Notes under the pieces: generated by a model
What the model was told of the DNA's origin: nothing
Database searches by the model: none
Seen by the model: only the letters and a program-made list of their open reading frames with translations
Shown here: piece after piece, positions 12,529 through 25,149 of the stretch
Layout: each line of letters opens with the position of its first letter
Numbering within the stretch: the first letter of the stretch is position 1
Origin: Phoronis australis
Taxonomy: Eukaryota; Animalia; Phoronida
Assembly: GCA_002633005.1 (NCBI GenBank)
Contig: NMRA01000240.1
Span: 507,533-571,532 of the forward strand
Direction: 5' to 3'
Length of the DNA stretch: 64,000 nucleotides
Program-made: the position numbers and the translations under genes

Positions 12529-14889
12529 TGGTGTTATAAATAAGATTTCGCAGATTCTGGATTTATATAATGTCGCTATTAACTTCCCTCGATCAAGAAT
12601 AAGAAAATGTTTTCATTTTCCAACATATTTGTTATTTCGTTACAGAAGGTTGGCAAAACCTGGAATGCTTTGGCCATCAGGGATCTTTCCGATACCCAGG
12701 ATTCATGTATTAATGAAACTTGGCTGGCAAAACTGTGTCATCTTTAGCTAGATTATCTACGTCAGCGCCATTTTATTTTTATCACTCTCACACCTGTACT
12801 TGGTTAAAGTCCAGAGCGACGCCCAGTGTTATCAGTCGCTTTACAGTGCAGTGCAGTGTTATCGGGACCTTCTTATGGCGATGTTGATGCCCACAAAATC
12901 ATCTGTTTGGCGTTAAGGCAACTTGATTAGACAGTCATAGATTAAAAACTCCGTAGAATATGCATATGCATATGTAAAATGCATAATGCAAAAATGACAT
13001 TCACAAAGTATAGTTTGTGAGTTGCGGTTAAAGAGATAAATATCGTGTTGTTCCCTTCAGGCGTCACTTAGTATTATATTCTAAAAATAAAACTAACTTG
13101 TAGGCGTTGAGAATAGTTGTGTTAAATGTGTGATTAACGCACTCAATGCACGTTTGCAAATAATGCATTGAAGAATCATTGATCGCCAAGGGTGAAAACG
13201 ATTAAACCATCCTCAGTCAATAATTATCAAATGTAATTCAATCAAAAAGATTGATGCGTGTGTTTGAAATGTGCATTTTAAAATATAAAATTGCTATTAT
13301 GGAAGACATTCACGTGACTGCTTCATGTTTGGATACAAGACAAAGTAGTCCGACAAAGCGCAGCAATAGTAAGAGCAGCTGAAATTTTATACCACAAATT
13401 AATTTAGCTGTCCGAGCAAGAACGCCTTTGTATCCTGGTGGCGAGTTTTTTAAGGAAACACAATTCCTGAGTAATATTGGCGCAGTGTCATGTTCCAAAC
13501 CAATGAACAATGACGAAGTAAGTCTATCAATATTAATGAAAATATGATAAGAGAGGCTATGATATCAGTTGTCATTCGTTATATCTTATTCGTTTACATA
13601 TCGTTCGTTAGTTCGTTTATCTGAAATAACATAAAGGTTGAGTCAAACAACACATAACTGTGCAGACAATAACCGTACACTTGCGTTATGCAGTGTACCA
13701 GCACCGCTGTTTTTCATACGAACGAAGGGCTAGTGCAATACAGTACCTAGATACTAGAATTTTAAAACTGGTCAGTCAATTCAAAACCGCCCGCCAGAGC
13801 GAGCGTACAAAGTTACAAACAGCTATCAAATATACAGACAGATCGGACACTTTTGGGTCTTTTTACAGAAATATTACAAAGGTGCTAGCTGACATTTCGT
13901 GAGCGATTTTGTTCACTTAATGCTGCTGTACTCTCAGTCAATAAATCGTACATGTCCGTCTATCGTTATCTTATGTGAGTTTTTAAAGAATTTGAATTTT
14001 TACCGGTATAGCGTCGCCACCATGTCGGAAAAAGAACTGTAACCTACTTGAAAATACACTTAAACTCTCATTACGTTCTCGGAATGTGGACATCGACAGT
14101 GAATGGAACCTATTATATGGTTGGAAATTGCCCGGAAATTAGACTGCCGTGGGTTTTTGACCTCGTAAATATACAAACAGGTGATGCAAGCAGTACGCAT
14201 GAGCACGGGTAGTCGATAAATTTCCAAGATTGTTCACCTTTTGCAGCAAGTGAAAACGTCTCCAGTTTGCCATATCAACCAATTGATTCCTTGTGTGATC
14301 CTTTGCGCGGCGGGAATTTCCGAAGGCAGTCTTTCGGAAACGGGCAATTTTCCAAAATGATTTACGTCAAAAACCCGCCGGAGGAGTGGGCTCTTTTTAT
14401 GACTAAGTGCCAGTCGCCTTATGGAAACTGGAATTGAAGACAGCAACAACTTTATTCATTGACGGGCTGTAGTTTGTTGTATGAGAGATGTTTCAGTTTG
14501 TTGACCTCTTGACTACTATGAACAAGTCCGACAACATCTTAGCTGACAAAATATGAACTTTAATAATATTTCAACGGTAAAGTAACAAAAGTCGAAAAAA
14601 ACAATATCATCTAGCTCAGAATATCCCCGTAACTATGTGTCAGACATGAAAAACAATATCATCTATCTCACAATATCCACGTAACTATGTGTCAGATATG
14701 AAAAACGATCTCAGAAGAGACTGCGGATTTGTTGCCCAAGGCAATCGCGCCTGGCAATTGGAATGTGACCAAAGGAATAATACATAGAATTTCAAGACAT
14801 TTTCCTATCAACGCTCTTGCTGTGGCGAAAAGGGAATGAAGTTTCGGAGATCGGGATGATAGACTCCTTGTCTATGATACTGTTGTTAA

Positions 14890-16825
14890 AGGAGAATGCC
14901 ACCCGATTTAATTAGTCTTTTTACCGTCTTAATCGGTCTATATCCACGTCACCTCGTATGCGGTCGATCTTACCTCGCCGAGAGGTGTCGCGTTAATGTG
15001 TGAGGAAGATGAGAAACGACGCAGCGACGTCAGTGTTTCTTCTGCACTGAGAGTGAGTGCCGCTTGTGCAAACTATGAAGCTGCGAGGAAAGCGGGTATA
15101 TCGTTTTTACGATTTCCTCGAGAGCCCATAATGCTTCGGAAGTGGCTTGCAGTAGTGAAGAATGAAAAGTAGGCCGTTAATACCAAGTATGAGGCCGTGA
15201 AGCTTCTCCGTGTCCGTCAGTGGCCTGCATTTCGTCGGATCGGTTGTTGATCGGTTTTTGATTATGGGGAATCGTAGTTGGCCATGAAAACATAAACAAT
15301 TACAATTAATTCAAGGCGTGAGAACATAACGTTTTATATAACCTGTTTGATGACCGACTCATTCGTGAGCCTTCTGTTTGGTCCTCTGGGTGTAGGATGT
15401 TTTTGCCAGTTCTTTTTCTGAGCCCTAAAAACGTCATAAACACACCTGTGTTTAGATACGTTGCAAAATCACAAAAGTCCGTAAAACACATATCAGCGCT
15501 TCTCCAAGAAGGCTTTTCTCTTGCGGAATTTCGTGGCAGCAAACGCAAGCGTCAGTCCGCGTTTCTTTTATCGTTCAGTTAGCTCACTGACACCAGGACA
15601 AGTCATTCAAACGGTTTTCGGAACTATCCATATGTTCCGTTGCCTGTGCACGTTCACGGAGCTTCTCTATTATTTCTTGATTAGTGTATTCCGGTTCGAC
15701 TTGATAGCCTGTGAAACTTAACGATCAACCTGTGAAGTCTTCGTCGGATGAGCACTCGTCCAAGTCGGTATTGCGAGTTGACGTTTATTGTGCGTTCTGC
15801 AGTTCAAAATGAAGTATTCTCACCCTACCTAATGCTTATATAAAACTGAAACTAAGGCTGTCTCATTAGACACAATTTGTAATGCTTTGGAGTGTTCGTG
15901 AGTGCAACTGTTTTGAGAAGCCAGCAATGAATAAATCACTGCGTTACCCGGCTTTAGATGCAATAAACTAATTGACCGTGCACCGAAGCCGTGTGAGCGC
16001 ATGCTGATTCAGTGTTTGCTGACAGAAAGCTGTTGTGAAACACAATAATTCCATTTTATATCATATGGTGAGATGTTAGGGGAATCTTTATTTAGATATT
16101 CATATACATTATTCGAATCATTGTTCCTGTACAACTTTTACCCTGACGGTTCTGTGGAAGGATAACCTGACTTCGCGACCACCGACGAGCTAGTAAGTAG
16201 ATTTGCAGTTTCGCAGCTAGTTCACGAAAATAATAACATGTGCATTTTTTTCTTTGGCTTACTAGCATTAGTTTAGTTTCCAACTTTGGTTGGTTTATGT
16301 TCGTGATGTCTTCAGTCCGGCCGCGATTGGCCTGATCGGGGTCCGAGCCACTGGCCAGGATAGCAAGCGTTTTGTGTGTTTAGAACTGAAAAAAATCGCG
16401 TCTAAAATTACAACACACATCTATTTTCTCTTTACTACATATGACGGACGAACAATTTGAATTTATCACAGAAAAAACCCCAACCGAACTTTGTAGGCTG
16501 CGGTATGTTCAAAAACTAAAAAATACATAACAGCGAAATAAATTAACACGTTTGTTCAACAACTCGGTGTATTTGTAAGGGTTTTACATCGAATTTTGAT
16601 GATTTATTGGTGTAAAACGGTGCATTCAAGCGATAAGCTGACACCAGTAAGCGTGTTGTGAACTGCAGAACAGACTGCATTCGAACCTGTGACGTCATTG
16701 GTTAATTTCAATATCTTCGTCTGCCGTCAGGTGTCAGGTAAAAGAGCTGTACTTGCTGTTATTGATTGGAACTACTCGATATAAATTGATACAAACTGGG
16801 TCGTTTTTTCGGGTGGCATTCTCCT
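14890..16825 (+). mobile_element. Non-autonomous/decayed Kolobok-type DNA transposon
   Basis: Perfect 17-bp TIRs AGGAGAATGCCACCCGA / TCGGGTGGCATTCTCCT, flanked by TTAA (14886-14889) and TTAG (16826-16829). Contains a THAP-domain remnant. TTAA TSD, purine-rich termini and THAP are Kolobok traits. Confidence 0.75.
15056..15233 (+). pseudogene. THAP zinc-finger remnant of the Kolobok transposase
   Basis: Reads SAACANYEAARKAGISFLRFPREPIMLRKWLAVVKNEK*AVNTKYEAVKLLRV, then a frameshift to SGLHF. This shows the THAP pattern (C..N, F..FP, R..W, xxxHF) with a stop codon and a frameshift. Confidence 0.65.
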
Positions 16826-18324
16826 TTAGATTTTATTTTACACACTCCGCCACCCGTCACAAAATGAATACATGAGCACTCACGGTAATTCTTTATCTAT
16901 TAACGCACAATATGGCGGGCAAGAGACATTTTATTCTGTCAAATTTATGAACAAAAATACAGATTAAGAAAATTTCCTATTAGCTTGGCTTGAACTGATT
17001 ATTGCTAGTAAGGTAACTAGCACTAAAAAATAGAAAAATGACAAGTTCGCAATTATTTTTGGGCGAAATATGTGAAAAATTACTGTACCTTCTGGCATGT
17101 TCACAGAATCCAAAATAATAAACACTTGGTGTTTTGAGCATTGAAAGGTTGTGATGAGCTTAAAGAAGGTGTCAAATTTTAATATCAAATTTAAATGTAT
17201 AGTTAAACATTACGAGGACAAGCTTTAAAGCTTTTTGTCTACCTCCAACTCTGCAGCACTGTGTTCCTTTTATTTGCAAGTCAGTCGCATTTTACGTCTC
17301 GCCTAATTAAGCCTGCATTTCTTGCTCCAATACTGTTTAAAAATATCAAATGTAAATTGTTCTTATAATAATAGTTTCATCCAAGTTTGGAAGGTTTTGC
17401 CACCTATTCTAATATGTTGGAATTTGACACTTTTGACTAGATGCTGATGCCTTAGGTAATCTGTTTAGGGGTGATATTAATGTCTATCAAACAAAAATGT
17501 TTGTTGAAGATTGTGTGTAGCTATGTTTCTTAGAATATAATGAATGAATACGAAATGTCGCATTTATGATTAAAGTTTATCCGGACTGAGCTTGCAAGGA
17601 CTAGTACAGTTTTGTAGATAGAGAGGGGAGGGTGAAGTGTAGCCCACATTTACATTGATTTTGACACATAAAAACATTAAAGTAATAATTAGACTTACCT
17701 TGAAACAGCTTGTGTTGACTCGTGCGTCTCTACTGGAGTACATTGTCGTCTATCTTTCATTGGAGGAACGTGGTTATGTGAGTATCCGCGACAAATTGCT
17801 TTCTTATATATTAGCAGCAATGATATTTAATAATTGTTTTACGCATACCACGATACCATGTTGGACAACCAACGCGGTTAGTTACGTATTCCCATAACAG
17901 TATAATTGCACTTGTTCGTTTTTTCTAGAGGGAGCAACAGGTTGGGGGTAATTCACTTAACAGGGATTAATCATCTACTCGAGGGCAAGTTCATAGGGGT
18001 GGCGATCGACCCATGACGTAAAGTTCATCGTGGTGCTCATCAATTCCCCCACATAGTTTGTCACCTTACGTTTCTTTGCCACGCCACTGTGGCCTTCGCT
18101 TTCGCCAAAATCCCACCCCCGTCATTATCAAATTTTCGCATTTGACCCAGTAAGTTTTTTTTCCTAGGCACCTGCCCCCAACTAAGTACATCAAAGGACC
18201 CTCCGTATTGCAAAAATAAATAGGCTTTGTCCGATTGAAGTGCGGTTTAGACAAATAATCACCAATCTGATGAAGCACTTGATAGACGAAATCGCGCGTG
18301 AATGATGTCGCCGAAATAGACCGG

Positions 18325-18573
18325 GGGCCCGTTCCAAGAAACTGACTTAAGTTCATTTTTGACTTAAGTCTAAGATTTGTCTTAATTTCCATACTTTGAA
18401 ACTTCCACATCTGGTGAAATAGTAAAAATTAAGAAAAAAACTTTTATCAAAAACTTAATTCAAACTTAAAATCTCTTTCTTGAAATGGTCTCGAGACAAA
18501 TTTAAGTTTTATCTTAAAATTTACTAAAACTTAAGATTTGTCTTAGCTAAGTCAGTTTTGTTGGAACGGTCCC
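18325..18573. mobile_element. Harbinger-type palindromic MITE inserted in the left Academ TIR
   Basis: TIRs GGGCCCGTTCCAAGAAACTGACTTA / TAAGTCAGTTTTGTTGGAACGGTCCC. The 3-bp flanks are CGG and CTG (one mismatch). The interior is rich in CTTAAG repeats. Confidence 0.7.
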
Positions 18574-18576
18574 CTG

Positions 18577-19035
18577 GATCCCAGAGCTTTTTTGGGGATG
18601 AAAAGGTAACCAATTTCCTTTGGTGCCACAGTGTTCTATGGGTAGCCTGATGCTTGGAAATGACTGTCTGGCAGGTTCGCTCTGATGGGTGTGGTCAGGG
18701 GAGACAAGAGAATGACACTCAAAAATTGAGCTAGATCAACTTTTCTGGTAACCACTTCAAACTGCTTTGGATACCTACTACGTAATCCACTGTATCGAAA
18801 TTGGACTCTGCCAGACAATTTCAGTGGTGGGGACTACCCGCCAGACGAACATATACAGGGTACAAAAATTGAGCTAGATCAATCCAAGAGGTAACCGCAC
18901 GAAACCAATTGCAAAATATTTACCGTAGCCCCGGGTATCACGAATAAGCACTGCCAGACACGTGGTGGGTTAGCCCCGCCAGACACGCCCAAATACCCGA
19001 GTTGAGGAAGATCAACCCAACAGGTAACCGTTTGA
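18577..19035 (+). repeat. Left terminal inverted repeat of the Academ element (main part)
   Basis: Reverse complement of 24678-25140 with scattered substitutions. Contains repeated AAAAATTGAGCTAGATCAA...GGTAACC and GCCAGAC motifs. Confidence 0.9.
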
Positions 19036-20410
19036 TAACCAATTTACACGATGTTCAGAACGATGAAACAGCAAGATGGCAGGAGTAGAAACAAAATTCA
19101 TTATAAGCCCATTTACGCTGAATAAGCACAAAGTTGAGGAACCAAGCACTTTTTACATAAGGTGAGAGATTTTTGTCAGCAAGTTTACGTCAGGGCATGA
19201 AAAATCAAAAAAAAATGCGGCTGATCGGTTGGAGCGACCTCACACGTCTACGCAACAACAACGGAATATACCGCATGATATATTCTAATTCACATTAAAA
19301 AACAGAACCTAAAAATCCGTCCCATTTTACCAGTCTAATCTACGTCCCCCTGTTTTCGGACGAACTTTTCATTCATTTGATGTAACTCTTACTACAACGA
19401 ATAATCGAAATTGCGTCTTTTGTTTCCGTCTGCGCACCAACTACCGTCATTTCCGTTGTACACGTGCTGAAGCACGAGGAGCTATTTGACATGGGCGTTG
19501 AAAGCTGAAAACAATGGAGATTTCGGGAGATTCTTGACAATTATCGGTGAGTAGTTTTCCATATAATTGTTCATGAGTGTTGATTTCAAACTGGTGGATT
19601 ACAATTAGAAAGCCTGTCTTAGGCCTACGCTATTTTCTTGGTAAATCGACCTTCACATGTGCCCTGTGACCTGTACAGTGAAGATAAAAGGAATTGTTAA
19701 TCAAAACGTGCGTTACTTAAGGGGGAAGCCACGCGCGGTAAGCACTACCAAAAAAGCGCAGGTATGCCATCTTTTGTGACAAACGGTTATTTTTCCTTCG
19801 AAAACTGTTGTTGACCCACTCGCGACATTCTAGAGGTTCCCGCGTCGCTATTATTTATTCAGATACGTGCGTACGTACTTTAGATTCAAATACATGACGA
19901 AATGTTTGGCCCGACTTGGGTTTTTGCATATGATACCGACTGAATGTCTGTAGCATAGCTAATGCAAAATTTTCTGTTCATTGCCGGCATCCTGGTAATG
20001 GAATATTGGCCTGTAAATACAACGGAGGTCGGAGCGTAGTTGTCACAAATGACTACTCCTCTTTCTGTTAATTTGAATAACGAATCAACAAATGCTTGTT
20101 TTATATAATCCATAAATAATTTGTCACTACAGTAGGGAAAGGAATGAAAACGTCATTTTTGGGGCAATGTTTTAACTTTTCTGACAGCACTACGCGTAAT
20201 TCCAGCTTCTTATCTTTAGGACAATTAACCCCCCACATTAAATAATGGATTCAGACGATGCGAATGAACAGGATCCCGGACTGAAAGACTCGCCTGAAGC
20301 AGTACACTCACTATAAATAATCAGTAGGCAATGAACTTTTAGTTTTTACTATTTAATGAAAGCTCTGTTCGTTTTGGCCGTCGTTTCGCTGGCTCCATAT
20401 CGATGTTTTC

Positions 20411-20935
20411 GGGTCCCTGAGTTACCTCGTCCCTATATTCCGCAATGAATATTTTTTAGGCCCTATGTTTCTTAGCGCCGATCCTCTCCCGACCCTATAT
20501 TCTCCCCCAAATCCTACGTTTTTCCAGTCCAGATGTCGCTATGTTCCCCTGCCCCCATGTTCCCTCGCACGCACCCATTTTATGTATATCGGAAATCAAT
20601 TCCTTGTGTTGATTACTTGATTTATAGATCTTGCGACTGAAAAGCGCTTGGATTCTGGCCAATCATAAGCATTATCAAGATGTGATTTTATTTACAAAGA
20701 AACTGGGTTGTCTGTCATTATCAATACATTGCTTTACTTGCTTTTCTGTAAGCAAATGTTCCCTTTAAACACAGAAATTGAAATAACGTACACCGATACG
20801 TGGGAACAAGACCGGGTAATACAGGACCAGGGTAACGTCGGGATGGGGTAACGTGGGGACGGGGGAACATTGGGCAGCGGAATATTGGTTGGGGAACAGA
20901 GGGACGGGAATTGTAGTGACAAGGGAACAGTGGGC
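20411..20935. mobile_element. Old fold-back MITE with CCCTATGTTCCC / GGGAACAxxGGG subterminal repeats, inside the Academ element
   Basis: A left cluster of CCCTATRTTC-like motifs (20430-20565) mirrors a right cluster of GGGAACA-like motifs (20800-20935). Ends approximate. Confidence 0.5.
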
Positions 20936-21027
20936 AGACCATGTTTCGTTCCTTAGGGCAAAATGACACTGACAAATCTATAAATAAGACAAAACAACTT
21001 AAACCAAATAAACGTTTTTCATTACAG

Positions 21028-24000
21028 GTTCTTGAAAGCGAAGGTAATGTATGCTGCTTCATGTGCCAAACATCAACCGGCGAGGACAGTAAGCTGAAAA
21101 CTTTCAACGAAAACACTGAAGAACGTCACTAAAAAAATTAAAAAGTGACAAATACTCCCTTGTTACGCAAAGAATAGCGGAAGCTAGTGAAACAGAATTA
21201 TATCTACGCTATCACCCATCGTGCCACAGAAAATACACTGCTGTTAAACGGCCAAGATATGGACGGTCAGTTGACGACGCAACTCCTAGTAAAATGGCTT
21301 GTATTTTTACAAGACGTTGCAGTCCCCTCCCAAAGTCCGATGATAAGGGCATATTGAAAGGTTCTTGCATATTCTGTAGGAAAAGCCGAAAGGAGAAGAA
21401 TGGGAAAGAGTAACCAAGGGTCAAGATCTTAACACTGTCTGGTTGCGACTCCCTCCAACAAGCGAACAAATCATCTAGTAATGATCGGTTAAGAAGCCTG
21501 GTTTTCAGTGATGTTGACTTAATAGCAAGGGAAGCTGAATACCACAATTCCTGTCGAGCGCTCTTCACTAAAGAAACTTCTGGTCAAGAAAGTGGAAATT
21601 TAATGGATCTACACCACCAAGCATTTACGTAAACACGCAATTACATTTAAATTTAGGTTCTTGAAAACCGGCGGTCAATACTTCTCTCTACTTTGCTAGA
21701 TTTGTACAAAGAAGAGTACGTAAGTAGTGGTGGGACAGAAGCTGATGACTCAGCATACACAACTCAGAATCTCCTTAAGAAGATCAAAGACCAACTTGGA
21801 GACAGAATTCAAGTGAGATTGTCAAATTAACGGAAAGGCAACTTTATTTTCAGCTCGCTGTAACAGAAGAAGATGCATTAGTTCAGCAGCAAGGTGAAAC
21901 TGAAGAAAACTACCAAAATGACAAACTGAGATGGGCTGCTCTTCATCTTCGGTCTCAGATCTTGCAACTGCCTAAGTCAAAGACACCTATTCCAACAACA
22001 GTGCAGAATTTGAAATCCTGTGCACCAAAGATACCGCAACAACTTGAACTGTTCTACCGAACACTTCTCGGTGGTATTACAACATCAAACTCTCAAAGAG
22101 AATCCATTGACCGCAAAGTGACCGCAATGGCATCTGACGCCATTTACAACGTTACCCGTGGTAATGTGAGGCCGTGGAAGCCCACGTCCCTGGGACGTGG
22201 TCTGTCTTCGCAGATTCTTAACGGAGCAGGACATTCCATCGGCTACAAAGAAAGCAAATGCCTTGAGACTGAGTTTGCGTATTCCATGGAGTCGTATAAA
22301 CGCGAAGCACCGGATGGTATTCGACTCCTTCCAAATCTAGCCACTACCTCTGTTTGGGATAATAATGACGGTTTAAAAGCCTACGCTATACAAAAACCAT
22401 TGTTTGATACGCTGCTGATAATGCTCGGCAATTTTCATACGGAACTGGCTTTGTATGGAGCTGTGGGAACCATGATAAATGGAAGTGGCAGAGAGTTCCT
22501 ACTTTCAGAGACTGGTATCTTGGCAGAAGGGTCTATGATGGGCTTCATTAAAGGAAAATTCTACAACAGGTGCACTCGGGTTCACGAGCTTCTTGCTAAC
22601 GTTTTGGAAGGCAAGGTGTAATAAAAATTTCTGCATAACTTGGCTCCGGAGGAATATGAATCGTTCCGTACGGTTATGACCGCAGTCCCTTCAGATCCTG
22701 AACAAATAGAGGCAAACCTTGATGATCCTGTGATCACTCAGCATCTCCAGAAGTATGAAGATTTCTTTCACACAGTGATTAATGACAAATATGGCAAAAC
22801 TGCTCAGTTTTGGGCAACATACATCTTTCTCATAAACTGCGCGCTCAAAGAACTCCAGAGATGCGTCAAGACCAATGACGTCAGTGGTTATATCAACATT
22901 TTCCCGACTATGCTAGATGTATTCTTTGCCTTGAACCGCCCAAACTACGCCAGATGGGGAACGTTGTTTTACAAAAAAAAATTGAAATTTGCAGACCCAC
23001 AATTGCGCGAAGTGCTGGAATACGGAGCGTTTCAGAGCGACGTACGAGAAACAACTTCAGTAGATCGGCTGCTTACCTCCCTTTGGAACAGTCCGTCAAC
23101 AGGGATGGAGCATCGAGCATGACAGGGATAGTGGCTTTCCGCAACTCAGCGAAATGCAATGCGTCCGAGTCGATGGTCCCTCTCTATTACACAAAGGGCA
23201 ATGGCTGTAACTGAACTTAGGACATTTGCAGGACATGAAATCGGGGAGAATGCAAAGAGTCAGTGCAGTCCTTCAAGAATCAAAAAAGATAACGAACAGA
23301 TGGCATCACTCAGTGTCAAAATCGACAATTTCTGCAATCCGTTTGAGAACAATGCTCCACCGGGTGTGGTTAATATCGCAACTGGCCAAGCAGTATTCCA
23401 AGTAACGGAAGACTACCTGATCAATGCGCTGAGCCGAGGCCATGATGCGAGGGAAAACTTCCTACAGGAATGGAAAAATGACAGCAACCAGTTAAACGTA
23501 CAGCTGTCCAAAATTTCGCTGCTGAAAGCGTGAAGAATAAAGCCAAGTCATCGGCCTCCCAGAGAAACAAGACAGCCGTAGAGAGTCTAAGAGATTTGTT
23601 CATACGCATAGTCGTAGTTGTAACAGAGAGGGCAGACTTCGATCTTCGACAACGTCTCTCACATCCTGTCACACCTTATCCATTAGCACTTGCTCACTGC
23701 GATGGAGCGCTCGTGAAAACGGAAAAGTCTGGTTAGCTGAAAAAACTTGAATTGTTCCAGACAGAACCTATAACAGATGGAGAATTTCTACACGACTACA
23801 TGGAGATTTTTGATGGCGGACTTCTTCTGCATTCATTCATCTCACAGACTAGAATAGGTGCAACTTACGGATCAGTTGCGCGATCTATGTTATCAGTAGT
23901 CTGTTCGGGGAGGGCAGAGGAAGCTGCTCACTTATGCCTAGACAAGTACGTAGAAAACTCAATTAAGGACAGTGAACGCAAACATCGCGGAGACTTTAAT

Positions 24001-24533
24001 TCCATGTATGCCATAACAGGGCCTGATCAAACTATGCGACAGAGCTCACAAACACTTCTGAGCAACAGCGAGTTCAAGAATGAACGGGTGAAGTTCCTTT
24101 GGACGGAATGGAGAAAAGACCATTATTGGCATATGTTTGGTGGGAAAACCTTGTTTGTTTCCCTCGTAGGCGAGTGCTACCAGTTCTTTCCCGACGATAA
24201 CCACCAAATCATGGTGACAAAACCTGCCCATCTCCAAGGCGACCACGAGGAAGCGGATACGCGGATTGCGTTCCACGTCGCAAACATCCCTATCGGTCGT
24301 GTTATGACGAGGGCTTCAGATACAGATGTTTTAGTATTTTTGATTGGTACACTCGGACAACAGCGGCGACAAATAAGACCAACGTTGTCATGGATTGTGT
24401 GATGGAAAATAATAGAAGATTTATCAACATTTCCAACATAGCAAACATTCTTGAAGAGCGCAAGTACGGACTTGCCAGAGCAATTCCTGGATATCACGCC
24501 TTCAATGGATGTGACTACACATCTGTCTTTTAT
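21028..24533 (+). pseudogene. Academ transposase-XPG/PIN nuclease pseudogene (frameshifts, stops, deletions)
   Basis: Motifs in order across ORFs 21962-24584 and upstream: YHPSCHRKYT, DLIAREAEYHNSCR, VWDNND, MLGNFHTELA..G....GSG, GKFYNRCTRVHELL, FFALNRPNYARW, LEQSVNRD, YPLALAHCDG, FDGG, LDKY...SIKDSER, HEEADTRIAFH, SDTDVL, HAFNGCDYTS. The HEEAD/DTD/GCD set is the XPG/FEN1-like nuclease fused in AcademX. Confidence 0.85.
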
Positions 24534-24677
24534 ATTTATGTTATCGAAATCTTGATTATTGCAGTAGTGACAAGAATTGATTGAATTTCATTAGCTGTGA
24601 TTACGTCTGCTATGTAAATGAAGTCTAAGTAACGTGTTATGATTGCCTCCATTTTGAATTAGTTTTACACGTCAGTT

Positions 24678-25149
24678 TCAAACGGTTACCTGATGGGTTG
24701 ATCTAGCTCAATTCTGGTAATCGGGCGTGTCTGGCGGGGTTAACCCACCACTAGATTTGTCTGGCAGTGATCATTCGTTATACCTAGGCTTACGGTGAAT
24801 GTTTTGCGACTGGTTTCAAGCGGTTACCTCTTGGATTGATCTAGCTCAATTTTTGTACCCTGTACATGTTCGTCTGGCGGGTAGTCCCCACTACCAAAAT
24901 TGTCAGTCAGAGTCCAATTTTGATACAGTGGATTACGTAGTAGGTATCCAAGGCAGTTTGAAGTGGTTACCAGAAAAGTTGATGTAGTTCAATTTTTGAG
25001 TGTCATTCTCTCGGCTCCCCTGACCACACCCACCAGAGCGAACCTGCCAGACAACCATTTCCAAGCATCAGGCTACCCATAGAGCACTGTGGCACCAAAG
25101 AAAATTGGTTACCTTTTCATGCTCAAAAAAGCTCCGGGATTCCGGTCTT
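24678..25149 (-). repeat. Right terminal inverted repeat of the Academ element
   Basis: Reverse complement of the left TIR, followed by the AAA target duplication. Confidence 0.9.

Larger units (their letters stand above)
18317..25149 (+). mobile_element. Academ superfamily (AcademX-type) DNA transposon, decayed, about 6.8 kb
   Basis: Long TIRs: left 18317-18324 plus 18577-~19035, right ~24678-25149. The reconstructed left end TAGACCGGGATCCCAGAGC matches the reverse complement of the right end AAGACCGGAATCCCGGAGC. AAA flanks both sides (18314-18316, 25150-25152). Internal ORFs carry Academ transposase and XPG/PIN-like nuclease motifs. Confidence 0.85.

Noticed and set aside
12437-12751. 104-aa ORF with GASAGPARGQR repeats
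   Set aside because: The repeat peptide is just the translation of an 11-bp GC-rich microsatellite; no other coding evidence.
18578-25140. Reading the large element as CMC/EnSpm with CCC...GGG termini and a 2-bp AT TSD
   Set aside because: The TIR match continues past this point once the nested MITE is removed (TAG terminus, AAA TSD), and the protein motifs are Academ/XPG-like.
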